Assembly (NCBI RefSeq): GCF_006345805.1
Contig: NC_042999.1
Span: 77,190,001 to 77,254,000, forward strand
DNA: 64,000 nt
Direction: 5' to 3'
Origin: Octopus sinensis
Taxonomy: Eukaryota
In this document: positions 1-11,930 of the stretch, in pieces
How the letters are laid out: every line of letters begins with the position of its first letter
Position numbering within the stretch: position 1 is the first letter of the stretch
The notes under the pieces: model-generated
The model's database searches: none
What the model was told of the DNA's origin: nothing
The model's input: only the letters and a program-made list of their open reading frames with translations
Made by a program: the position numbers and the translations under genes

Positions 1-404
1 CTGACTTTCATTAAGGATCTATAGAATGCAAGAACTGAATAATACTTAATTATTCTCTTTGTGATCACACACTGTATTGTGCATTGTTCTTAAATGTATT
101 TTTATATCAAAGTTGTCTCAGGTTCATAGATTTAAAATCAGAACTGAATGTAACAAGATAATGATATGAGTAAAACATGCTTTGGCAATCTCTATAATTT
201 GCCACCATTTTCCAAATACTTGTCTGTTCCACCCCTATTTTCAGACTGCACCAATTTCCTCAAAATGTAATAATAAATTAAATTAATAAAAAAAAACTTT
301 ACCTTTTTACAATTCTCTGCATTCTTGTGACTGTAGAATAGGGTCTTCAAACTAAAGTATTTGGACTCATGGATTATTTTTGCTATTACCTTAAACCTGT
401 GAGG

Positions 405-610
405 AAGCCTCTATATGTCTGTTGTATCTGCTGGAAATAGCAGCCAAATTACCTTCAAATCAAAACCGTTTCATCTTAAATAAAGAAGGATACTCTGGAA
501 AAAGTACTTTCTGATATATAAAAAGTATGGAATGGTTAAGTCTGGAACACCTCTGAACATACGTCTGCTTGATTAAGACTGACCTGTGCAAAACAGTAGC
601 AAAACTGATT
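405..610 (-). mobile_element. SINE-like interspersed repeat, family G (my label)
   Basis: Shares GAAATAGCAGCCAAAT..CCCTCAAATCACAC-type motifs with copies at 5680-5880 (+), 41620-42085 (-, two in tandem) and 63090-63225 (-). Confidence 0.55.
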
Positions 611-929
611 GTATCTAAAATTAACAAAATCATGTGGCTTAAAACACTAACTCTTGATGGTAGTCTTAGAACATTATTAAATAACAATAAACTTTCTTTT
701 AAAGCAGATTCTATCGGATAAAACAGGAAACAGTGTAGAAAAGTTAGTATTTTCCAAATGTGGAATTAATAATACCCTGTGGATTTACTGATAGCGCTTA
801 GAGACATGACATGAGAACTAATATTAAATTTATAGACTTTGATAATATTAACAAAAAAATTTTAACTCATAAAAGCTTCCCAAAAAGATTAACAACAAAG
901 TGGTACTATACAATACATGTATGTATACA

Positions 930-1068
930 TCATTATCATCATCATCATCATCATCTTCACCACCACCACCACCACGATCATCATCATCATTATCATTATC
1001 ATTATTATCGTCATCATCATCATCATTTAATGTACATTGTCCTTTCGGGTATGGATTGGATGGTTCTT
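930..1068 (-). repeat. Expanded (CAT)n/(CAC)n microsatellite attached to a short RTE LINE 3' tail
   Basis: Minus strand reads AACCATCCAATCCATACC..ACAATGTACATTAAATGATGATG.., matching the tail of the RTE copies at 2160-2210 and 46830-46878. Confidence 0.6.
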
Positions 1069-1524
1069 TCTCTATACGTATATCTCTCACATATGCTGAT
1101 CCCCACTCTCTTCTTTCTCTCTCTCTCTCTCTCTCCTTCTCTCTCTTTTGATATGACATGTCATTACTTTCATTTTGCTTAAATCTTTATCACTGTAATG
1201 TGTTTGCTTTCATTTCTTGATTGACAATTTTCATGCAGAAAATGCTAGCTTCCAAATCCTGTTTCCTGGATTAAGTAAAAATTATCAAAATTTAAACATC
1301 TGTGACATTTTTCTAAATATTTTCTGGAATAAATGAATCACTAAGTTGGATTGAGCATGAAAAATTAGATCAATGTACCAAATTTGAAAATTTTCACTTA
1401 ATATTAAAATTTCCAAAATCTGTGACAGCAACAGAAAAGATCCCCTCTTTCCATCTAACTCTACAAGCATAAAATGCATCAATTAAATATTAAGTACCAC
1501 AAGAATCTCCATCATAGAGAATCA

Positions 1525-1745
1525 GGAGACAATGTCGCATTTCAGTTCAAACTACTTCAATTTCCAGTGAGTCTTAGTTTTGCCATGACCAGCAACAAAT
1601 TAAGGGCAAACATTTTCAGTTGCTGGTTTACATCTTGAAGAGCCCATCACCCATGGTCATCTTTACATTGGATGTTCAAGAGTAGGAAATAAGAAAAGAT
1701 TGTACATCTATGCACCAAATGGAAAAACAAAACAAAATTTTATTT
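1525..1745 (+). mobile_element. Helitron Pif1-type helicase C-terminal remnant (frameshifted)
   Basis: Translates as AFQFKLLQFPVSLSFAMTSNK / GQTFSVAGLHLEEPITHGHLYIGCSRVGNKKRLYIYAPNGKTK. This matches the Helitron helicase motifs QFPxxLAFAMTINKxQGQT and HGQLYVxxSRV. Confidence 0.75.
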
Positions 1746-1817
1746 GTAGAGACATCATAAATTGACCCAAATAATGCAGAAATCCATCCTGATCAAGATA
1801 CCTATCCACCAGAGCAG

Positions 1818-2210
1818 CTGTCTGGCTTCCGTGCCGGTGGCACGTAAAAAGCACCATTCGAGTGTGATCATTACCAGCGTCACCTTTCTGGCACTTGTGC
1901 CGGTGACATGTGAAAAAGCATTCAAGCGAGGTCGTTGCCAGTGCCACTGGACTGGCTCCTGTGGAGATGGCACGTAAAAAACACCATTTGAGCATGGCCG
2001 TTGCAAGTACCGCCTGAGTGGCTCTCATGCCGGTGGCACGTAAAAGCACTCACTACATTCTCGGAGTGGTTGGCATTAAGAAGGGCATCCAGCTGTAGAT
2101 ATTCTGCCAAATCAGATTGGAGTCTGGTGCAGCCACCTGGTTCGCCAGTCCTCAGTCAAATCGTCCAACCCATACTAGCATGGAAAGCAGACAGTAAATG
2201 ATGATGATGA
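1818..2210 (+). mobile_element. 5'-truncated RTE LINE 3'UTR copy
   Basis: Homologous to 36740-37125 downstream of the RTE RT ORF. Ends in CCAACCCAT..AGCATGGAAAGC..AAATGATGATGATGA. Confidence 0.8.
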
Positions 2211-2459
2211 TATATATATGTGTGTGTGTGTGTATGTATATATATAAATAAATATATATATATATACACACACACACACATGTATATACACATATATACA
2301 CAGGCTTCTTTAAATTTCTATCTACCAAATCTACTCACAAGTCTTTGGTTAATCTAAGGTTATAGTCCAAGATGTAAAGCAGGGTGACTGAACACAAGTA
2401 TCTATTTTGGCTACCAGTGTTGTCATTGAAATATGCTTTATAAATAGTTGAAACAGATT

Positions 2460-2680
2460 AAAATAATCCTTCCTATTATAGGCATAAGGCATGAAATTTT
2501 ATGGAAGGGGGGTTAGTCAATTACATCAATCACATTGCTTGACTGGTACTTATTTTATCAATCCCAAAAGGATAAAAGGCAAAGTCAAGCACAGTAGAAT
2601 TTGAACTCAGAACATAAGGACAGATGAAATACCACTAAGCATTTTGTCATGCTAACGATTGGCTAATGCCTTAAAAACAG
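2460..2680 (-). mobile_element. tRNA-headed SINE, family B (degenerate)
   Basis: Reverse complement of the family consensus seen at 50031-50482. Further minus copies at about 10180-10410 and 23265-23460. Confidence 0.7.
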
Positions 2681-2992
2681 ATTAAAATAATGAAATGACA
2701 TTAGAAAACTGTTCAATCAAGTAATTTGTTGCCAACTAAAAAGAAATATAGAAAAGAAAACCCAAAAAATTTCAGGAAAAAAATAATAAAATAGATTAAC
2801 ATATAATAAAAACAAAAAATAGTCTATTACATTAGCAGTTTTTAAACTGCCAAAGATAGAGGATAAAGAACTACATTGTTTTATATATTTTTTGTTTTCT
2901 TTTCAGATATTCCCTTACACAAGTATAGATACATAGATACATGCATACACATATACATGTGTGTATAGATCTGATACTAAAACTAGTGTTAA

Positions 2993-3164
2993 GATGATGA
3001 TGATGATGACGATGACGAGGAAGGTGGTAATAATCGTAGTGGTGGTGGTGGTGATGATGATGATAATGACAATGATGACAACGATGATGATGATGATGAC
3101 AATGTGGAACAGAGTGGGGAAATTAAAACTATTAAGTGAAGGAAAGGTGAAGATGAGGAAAAAC

Positions 3165-3214
<50 letters not shown>

Positions 3215-3345
3215 GGGGAGGAGGAGGAGGAGGAGGTAAGGAATTATTGAAACAATCTGTGCTGTAAAGATATTAGAAACAGCTTGTGTCATTGTTAAAT
3301 CCCACACAGAGATAAAGAGAGAGAGAGAGAGAGAGAGGGAGGGAT
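2993..3345. repeat. Compound microsatellite (GAT)n/(GGT)n/(AGT)n/(GAG)n/(AG)n
   Basis: Directly visible. It explains ORFs 2915..3307 and 2961..3239. Confidence 0.95.
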
Positions 3346-4080
3346 AAGAAAGGAGGGAGGGTGAAAAAGAGAAAGAAGGATAAATAATAAACTGAAGCAG
3401 ACATATAAGATAAGCTAACCAAAGACTGTAAGGGAAGATTTCAAGAGTGAAGGATATTCACTAAACATGCATTCATTAATGCACATACACACATGCATAA
3501 TATCTGAAGTCCTGCAATAATTTTAACATTGTTTTTCAAGCATTGAATAGGGCATTTTATGCCAAAATATCAGTTATAAGCCAATGTTCAGTTTCTATCA
3601 TAATTTAAACTGAGTATTCTAAATTGTAAAAGCCATACTGCATGGCCTAATTCATTTAACTTATATAAGCTGTACTTTTAGAACTTTTCATAGATTTTAA
3701 TTTAACTACATACACTTGATCAGCCAGATGAGGAGCAAGGTGATAAGAAAGGATTAAAAATGAAAAAATTGATATTACTTCCATTAATATTGTTTGAGAT
3801 TTCAGCAAGGTTACTGCCCTACATCAAGACAAAAAAGGAAGCAGTAAGCTATCAGTAGAATTTTAAAATGGAAACCTGTTTAGAAATTTTAACTCACAAA
3901 AGTTTAGTATGGATTTTAGAACTAAATGGTACACAAAGAATGAAGTATATTTTCCATTCTCTGCTGTTTTTCAAGTTTTTTTTATAGGGCATTAATGCCA
4001 CAATGTTGAACTATATAAACAGTATCTTATATAAAGAGATTCATAACAATTATATATACTAATAGTGTATGGCTTACTTA

Positions 4081-4118
<38 letters not shown>

Positions 4119-4323
4119 ATTGTGATTCAAGAAATTTCATATCCAAAAATACTGAATGATCTCCAGCAGATGATAAAACCATGATTCCTTTATGTGAATA
4201 TCAGGAGCTGTTACAATTTCTTTTATTTTCAATGGTATTCTGAGTTTGTGATATTGTATGTTCAGATTGAAAATATACTATATGGCTCATTAAGTATTAA
4301 TATCTATTGTCATTTTCTTTCAG

Positions 4324-4374
4324 TTGGTTCAATATGATGGACTTTACAACTATGAGTGGATTAATGAGGTAAGG
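4324..4374 (+). CDS. Candidate internal exon of an unidentified gene (45 or 51 nt)
   Basis: Strong acceptor TATCTATTGTCATTTTCTTTCAG, then donors GAG|GTAAGG (after 4368) and AGG|GTAAGT (after 4374). Open in two frames: LVQYDGLYNYEWINE(VR) or WFNMMDFTTMSGLM. No partner exon confirmed. Confidence 0.45.
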
Positions 4375-6174
4375 GTAAGTAAAGTGCCATAGAATAAAAA
4401 GTTTATAGCTTGAAATTACAAAGGTGTCAATAAGTATTTTGCTGTAGGTATATTTTTGTATGATATAAGTGACAGTCTATCAAGGTAGGATATCTCTGAT
4501 AATGCGATAATTGGTGAATGATTGTTTGGAGTAAATAGTTATATATTAACCCATTCAATTTTCCAGTGTTTCAGGAAATATTTGTTGTAATGGTAACATT
4601 TGGTGAAACTTTTCATCAAACATCTTGATAATCTGCACATTTATTGAGCCTCTTATCAACTGTACACAATACCCAAGTTTTCATGTCATTTCTATATGGT
4701 CGACATCTTTAAAGGTACATGGGTGTCATTGGTTCAATTCCTGGGTCAGGTAGTATGTGTACCCTTGAGCAAGGCACATCATTCCAAGTGTCTACTAAAC
4801 TGAATTAAATATTGGTTGGGTGCTGTTGTAGCCCTCTCTCCCTCCAACTGTTACATCCTAGATGTCCCACTGAGTCACAAATGAGAGGGCTAAGAGGATA
4901 TCTATATCTAGTCACGACTACATAGCCACATAAAACAATAAGCAAAATCATCATTATACATACTGCCAAGTGATAAGGCAAAAATAATAAGAAATATTCA
5001 AAGGATTTTCCTCTAGATGTTGAATACAGTCAGCCCCAACAGGATTTGATTTCATAACAAACAGGACAAAACTGTAAAACTTTTATCCATAGTTCTCCCA
5101 ACTAAATGTCAAATTAAATGCATTGTTGTTTAACTTCATTTATCTGTATAGTTTGCATTCAAATCTTGTCAGGATAATTCAGGAATTGCATTTATCCAAA
5201 ATTAAGAAAATAAGTGAAGGTAATTCAGATAATTATAGCCTATCCTCTTCAAAGGTTGACCTTGTGCTAAATGAAAAAGAGATCCCTATTATAGAGGCAA
5301 TGATAAAATGAAGATTTCAAGTGAGAACTAAATATCGCAATAAAAAAGGCAGTGAAGTGCTTGACTAAAATAACTTCCAATGTTTTGTTACAGTCTTTAA
5401 CAAACTCAATATAAATTCTACAGATTTAATTTAACTTTTCATTTCTATGAAACTAATAAAAGTACCAGTAATATTCCTGGCCATGTCTATTGGATGTATC
5501 TTTCCATTACAAATTTTTTGGTCCTTTACCAAATTATGAAATTGTTATGTTTATAACAGGGAGATTAGATTGGAACAAATAGTGTCTAAGCACATTATAG
5601 AATATAGTGTAGCTAAGTTCACATCACACTGTTGCTGATAAATGGATGATAATTTGTCATTCATTCCTTCAAGACTTATTTGTTATTTTAGCCTCAAGTA
5701 ACCCTTTACTGAGCAGATCTATGATGAAAGCCATTCCACCCATGAACACTGTTTTTTTTTTTCTAATATAGTGTATTTAGGTCTGCAATTCCTTCTTTAA
5801 GACTATACAGTGTGATTTGAGGGAGATTTGGCCACTATTTCCAGTTGGTCAACAGACTGTGTGGAGGTGCCCTCATTGACTTCTAGAAAGAAGCACCAAT
5901 AATATGACAGAATCATTTCAATTAGCTACAATTTGATGACAGGAAAAGTATCTAGCTGTAGGAAATCTGCCTCAACAAATTCCATTCGACCCATGCAAGC
6001 ATGGAAAAGTGGATTACGATGATGATATGTCAGTGTTCACCCAGGATGATTTGAGTAGTTCCAATTAGTGAATCCACAGCATCACAAGAACAGAGGACAT
6101 CATGCTCAGTGACCACTAACAATTAAGCAGGCCCCCGATGAAAATGTTTTAGCCATGACCACATTGTTTTCTTT

Positions 6175-7070
6175 TAATAATAATAATAATAATAATAATA
6201 GTTGTGTACAGTGCTCAGGTGCACTACAACTCATCTAAAGTGTATATATAATCAGGTGTAGTTTCGGCGGATTTCGGAAAGTATGAGGGCCTTAAAAGAT
6301 GCAGTGTCATGGCAGTCAACAACTGACGCAGGCAGTTTATTCCATGCTTCAGCAACTCTGAGCGTGAAAAAATGTTTCCGAAAGTCATGGGAGCTGTATT
6401 GTTTTCTGACTTTGTAGGCATGTCCACGTGTGTTAGACACATGGAGATCAAAAAGGTGTTCAGTGTTGTTGTTGGTGAGGTGGTTGATAACTTTGTGGGT
6501 GTTTACCAAGTCCGTCGCCAAACGCCGGAGCTTCAGTGAATCCATGCCCAGGGAAACAAGGCGCTCAGAATATGGTAGGTGTCTGATGGAGGGTATGCGT
6601 TTGGTTGCACGTCTCTGGACAGATTCCAGGAGGTCAATGTTCTGTGCAAGATAGGGGTTCCAAACTGATGATGCGAATTCCAAGTGTGGTCGTACCATAG
6701 CTGTATACAGTTTTAAATAGATGGCTGGAGAGCGGCTAACAAAAGACCTGCTGAGTGATGCCAAGACACCCTCGGCCTTCCTGACAATCTTAGAGATATG
6801 CTTTGACCAACGCAAATCACTGCTGACAGTGATGCCTAGGTCACGCTCGCAAGAGGATTTCTTGATATCAGTGTTGTGGAGGGAGTAAGTGAACGCAGGG
6901 TTTTTTCTCCCAAAATGCATGGTGGTACACTTGTCCACAGCCAGTTTCAGTTGCCAGTCTGTGATCCATTGCTGCATTGTGTCTAGGTCTGATTGCAGGA
7001 AAGAGTTGTAGACATCAGGATCTGTCCTCTTGATTTCAAGGTACAGCTTGATGTCGTCTGCATATTTCAA
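6175..7070 (-). mobile_element. 5'-truncated CR1-clade LINE, RT C-terminal part, young
   Basis: Uninterrupted ORF 6252..7073 with YADD, DLG, LYxAMVRPHLEFASSVWNP, TRGH and WNKLP motifs. Short 3'UTR, (TAA)n tail at 6175-6200, many CpGs retained. Confidence 0.92.
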
Positions 7071-7299
7071 CACAGTATATCAGACACAGTATATCTAGGA
7101 TTACATTATCCAATGTGTTTTGCCTTGTTTGATGCAGTAAGGACATCACATAGCAGTCCCAATATTTGTTGTTTATTTAGCCCCAGGTCAATCCCAATTA
7201 AGTACACCTCTGATCAAAAAGTTATCCAGCCATGCAGCACCATCATTTTAGAGTTATGTAGGACTATGTTATCTTGTCCTTGTATGAAGGGTACAGATC

Positions 7300-7627
7300 C
7301 CCTTTGATCATGAATGATCATAGGATTGTACCAAGAAAGTTACTCTCCAAGACACAAATCCAAACAAAGTTGTATATGGAAGACCAGCTGTCACCCATGC
7401 ATACCAGCCTCCCTTCTCCACACCATTGAAGTTATCCAAGGGAAAGACAAAGGCTGATAAAGCTTGGCACTAGTGATGTTACAATTCATTTCTACAGCTG
7501 AGCAAACTGGAGCAACATGAAATAAAGTGTCTTGCTCAAGAACACAACACACAGCCCAGTCCAGGAATCAAACTCACTACCTCATGACTGTGAGCCCAGT
7601 GCTCTAACCACTGGACCAAGCACCTTC
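7300..7627 (-). mobile_element. tRNA-headed SINE
   Basis: Minus strand has GGTCCAGTGGTTAGAGC (A-box-like), GAGTTTGATTCC (B-box-like) and TCTTGAGCAAGACACTTTA body. Confidence 0.6.
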
Positions 7628-7989
7628 ACTGTCTTCATATAAGAGTGTAGAATGTGATATGAGGGAGATTTAGCTGTTATTTCTAGCAGGTCAATTTATA
7701 GAGGCTTCCTAATTGGGTAATATGCTGAGTTTGCTTCAGCAGACTGTATCCAATTGCCTTAGAATTCTGTAACCTCATGTCAATGCAAGAAATCATTATG
7801 GTAGCAGTGATAGAATAAAGATATCAAATTAGAATCCTTCACCAATAAGGATTTTACAAGATAGGAACTGATTTGGTTTTTAAACAGTCTCTAATGCTTT
7901 AATGGTATTCCTGGTCACATACTGAATGGTGAAGTTACAAGAATAACTCACAGAAATCTCTCAAACGACTTTACATTTGTTATATAAAT

Positions 7990-8296
7990 ATTGTTTTTTG
8001 GCTTATGCATGTATCATAAATAACACACATAAGTACATACATAGACACACACACACAGTAGCATATATACAAATATTTTGCGGTTTACTGACAGAATATA
8101 TCATATACATGCACATGCATATACATACATATGTGAGCATTACATGCATATGCATACACACACACAAATACACTCACATATATACAAATGATGTTCTTGT
8201 TTACTAATACATTCATATATACATAAACATATACAAAATTCTTATGAATGTATACACTCAAGTACACATACATTTGAATAACCAACATGTATTAAT

Positions 8297-8339
<43 letters not shown>

Positions 8340-8620
8340 CCCATACACACAGTTACAAATACATACTCTTTCCAGCTAACAGAAACAACTAAAAATTTAC
8401 ACAAGAATATACACATGCACACACACACACACAAAAAAAAATCGCTAATGTAGATGCCCTCATACCCAATTTAATGATAAAACCCTCACACATCAATATA
8501 TACTCACACATTCAAACATGCAGACATACTGGAATGCATACATTTGCATGCACCCAAATGAATATACAAATTCACATATACACACACATTATAAGAGGCA
8601 TATATATATATATATATGTA

Positions 8621-8658
<38 letters not shown>

Positions 8659-9900
8659 GACATATATATATTATATTATATATATGTACACACATGTTGT
8701 TCTAATGCAGGCAGTAATGTTGTTCATGGTGGTGGTGGTGGTGGTGGTGGTGGTGGTGGTAGGAAGAGAGATAGTGCAGAAATTTCTGGAAACTACTAGA
8801 AGAGTGATTTATATAGTCCTTTATTGATTACCTGGGTGATAGGTTGTACTTGGTTCAGGGTGTTGTGTTGTTATGGTGATGCAGCAGAGTACATGGACAT
8901 TTTTTGTGTGCTTGTGTATGTGTATGTGTATGTGTGTGTGCCTGTTTGTATGTGTGCATGCATGCGTGTGCATATATGTGTATGAGCGAGTCATCATCAT
9001 CATCATCATTGTTTAGCGTCCGATGATGATGATTCGCTCATACACATATATGCACACGCATGCATGCACACATACAAACAGGCACGTGTATGTAAATGTT
9101 TGTGCATGCGCGTGTGTGTGTGTGTGAATATGTGTATATATGTGTACATGTGTGTGTGAGTATGTGCATGTGTGTATGTGTGTGTGCATGCATGCGTGTG
9201 CATATATGTGTATGAGCGAGTGTGTATGTAAATGTTTATGCATGTGTGTGTGTGAATATGTGTATATATATGTGTGCATGTGTGTGTGTGAGTATGTGCA
9301 TGTGTGTATGTGTGTGTGTGTGTGTGTTTGAATGAGTATTTGTCTGTATGTGCATATATGTATGAGAGGGAGTGAGTGTATGTGTGTGAGAGTATGTGTG
9401 TATGCATGTGTGTGTGTGAGAGAATGTGAGAGAGTATGTGTGTTGTGAGTGTATGTGTATGTGTGTGTGTGTGAACATGTTGGAATCTGTCATTTAAGTG
9501 TCAGTGCTGCTATAGAAATATAGTAGAGTACATAGATACTCGTAGCTGTGTGGGGGTGGTGTAGGATAGTGATGGGGGCGAAGTGGGGGACGTCATCAGG
9601 GTTATTGTATTGTCATGATAATACAGTAGGGTAGATGGGCACTTGTGACAAGCTTTATGTTGCTGTAGTGGGGTATGTAGGTCATCAATTGAGTATTGTC
9701 ATGGTTAATATGACAGGATTGTATGGACACCTGTGACTGGAAATTGTATGTGTATGTGTATTTGGATGTGTGTGTGTGTGTATGTGTGAGTGTGTCTATG
9801 TATAGGATAATGTAATGAGGTGTGTGTGTGTGTGTGTGTTTATGTGTGCGTGTGCAGATCACTGTGGTATTTTGTTATGATAACATGGTACACAGCACCT
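7990..9900. repeat. CA/TA/TG-rich simple-repeat field, including a 136-bp tandem unit (9086-9330) and (GGT)n at 8728-8760
   Basis: Directly visible. The unit GTGTATGTAAATGTTT..TATGAGCGAGT starts at 9086 and again at 9222. Confidence 0.9.
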
Positions 9901-10845
9901 GTTGTGACTAGCTGTATACAAGTGTAAAGGGTGTGTTTATGTCAGACAATCCTGAAGTCAGATTAATATTGTAGAGTGGTTCCCAACCACTTTTTTTTAG
10001 CTCGTTCCCCCCTCCCCCACCAACCACCCACTGTGGAATCTTTAATATTTTTATGTAGTGGAGGCTCTTGACATTATTAGTGAAAAAAAGTACCTCAATT
10101 TTGTAATAAATGGTCATGGTCACTTTTGAGAAATTAAAAGTAAAATCCTTTAATAAAAATAAAATTCACAAAACTTATCAAACAATAATGATTTCAAATT
10201 TTGGCACAAGGCTAGCAATTCTGGGGAAGAGGATAAGTCGATTACATTGACTCCAGTGTTCAACTGGTACTTATTTTATTGACCCCGAGAGGATAAAATG
10301 TAAAACTGAGCTTGGTTGAATTTGAACTCAGTATGTAGAGATGAATAAAATGCAGCTAAACATTTTGCTCAGCGTGCTAACAATTCCGCTAGCTCACTGC
10401 ATTAGTTTATCAAATAATAATGATATTTTAAATAATGTTTTAAATTAGTTTTATTATCATAAAACTTATTTCTATGAATATTTTTAAAATTGATAATTTG
10501 TCATGAAAACAATTGTGAATTAAAATTGATAATAAATAAGCAATTAAAATGAATTTTTTTCAAAGTGATCTGTTTTCTATCATTAACATGATAAACTCCA
10601 TTAGAAAATCAGTTTCTATTAATTGCACATTTATTTTGTTATTCTATTTCACAAAAACAAAAATATTTTTGCGGTTTCAATAAAACAACCATTTATAATC
10701 ATTAACTATTTTTCTGGTATATCACACAAAGCAAAAAACTTCTATTGACATCCAGAAAATAAAATAATTAAAAAGAAAACCAATTACTTTTTGAGATCCC
10801 TTATCAAAGTGAAAAGAATATCATACTACTTTTTTATCCAGTGAG

Positions 10846-11930
10846 ATCTTGTGGCTGAAGCAATTTTCCAAGTTTTTCAGTAGCAGGGTCCATAGTTATT
10901 AGAGACAAGGGAGGATCATCTTTACTAAGAATTTCTAAGGAATTGCATACAACTAATACTAGGAAAGACACTTGGTTAAAATCTGGCTCAACTAGGTAAG
11001 ATATAGGAAAGGCAATGAAATATAATTTTATTTCCTACCAAAGTAATGGGAATTTTATAGCAATTTCACACCTTGTCCACTAGTTATTGAACTTATGATT
11101 AAATTTAATTTGAGCAGTTTGATTATTCTGCAACTTAATGTGACTTTTTTGTAGTTTGATATCAATATTTGATGCATTTGTTCCAAATGAGTCTACAACC
11201 CAACTTGGAATATTCATTTCCAGGAGGTCTTTAAACCTAATTTCCATATCATTGTGCAATTTCTTCAATTGCTCAATGTACACTAAAATATCATTATCTT
11301 GCAGTTCCTCGTCAATTGCTGCAAAGGTTAAAAATGCATCAGCTTCTTACATCCTGTATTTATACTGAAGAAATTAAGTTCAAGGAAAGAATAGTAGCTT
11401 CTTTGCAAATTAAAATATTTGTATTTTTACCTTGTAGCTGTTTGTTTAGCAAATTTAGCTTCTCAAAATATATCTATAATGTAGAATAGATCATATTTGG
11501 CAGCTAGGATATTTTCTCCAAGCTGCTTATCATTCAGAAACATTACAACACTGTCCCAAAGTTCAATGAAGCGATGCAGGTAATTATCCTTAGAGATTGT
11601 CACCTGATGTATGAACTTTAAAGCAATAACATAATATTTAATTCATACAAGACTTTCCAAAACCAACTTGATACTTTATTCATCAATGATAAATTGTTAT
11701 CAAAGTGTCAGATGAATCTCTTTTTTTCCTTTCTTGTCATGACAGAACTTTTGCTATAGAAGATGTATTGTATATGTATGTTTTTGTTTTAGAAATCTTA
11801 AAGAGTTACAGTCAGAAATAGAAAATTCTAGAAACAGAGTAGTTGTGAGCCTCTTCATTGAGCCAATAACTCCTCTTGATTCCTAAATTTTTAGGAACTT
11901 TATCATGGCCCCAGGTTAGAAAACATTGTT
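10846..11930 (-). mobile_element. hAT-superfamily (Buster/Charlie-like) transposase remnant
   Basis: Broken frames LSKDNYLHRFIELWDSVVMFL, EKLNLLNKQLQGKN, LHNDMEIRFKDLLEMNIPSWVVD, LYFIAFPISYLVE. Degenerate hAT-type end CAATGTTTCTAACCTGGGGCC near 11930. Confidence 0.75.

Noticed and set aside
811-1182. His-rich, Asp-rich and Ser-rich ORFs (811..1182, 848..1159, 900..1151)
   Set aside because: Translations of (CAT)n and (CT)n microsatellites; open in several frames and on both strands
2907-2922. 16-nt micro-exon (DIPLH) that would join 4324 to give HNWFNMMDF, loosely like a TRPC S2-S3 segment
   Set aside because: The donor AA|GTATAG is weak, no other channel exons were found, and the resemblance is too short to support a call
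5151-5204. Possible terminal exon FAFKSCQDNSGIAFIQN* continuing 4324
   Set aside because: The acceptor is mediocre and I recognise no homology; it cannot be separated from chance
7977-9862. Numerous His/Thr/Ile/Tyr-rich ORFs
   Set aside because: Products of CA/TA/TG simple repeats
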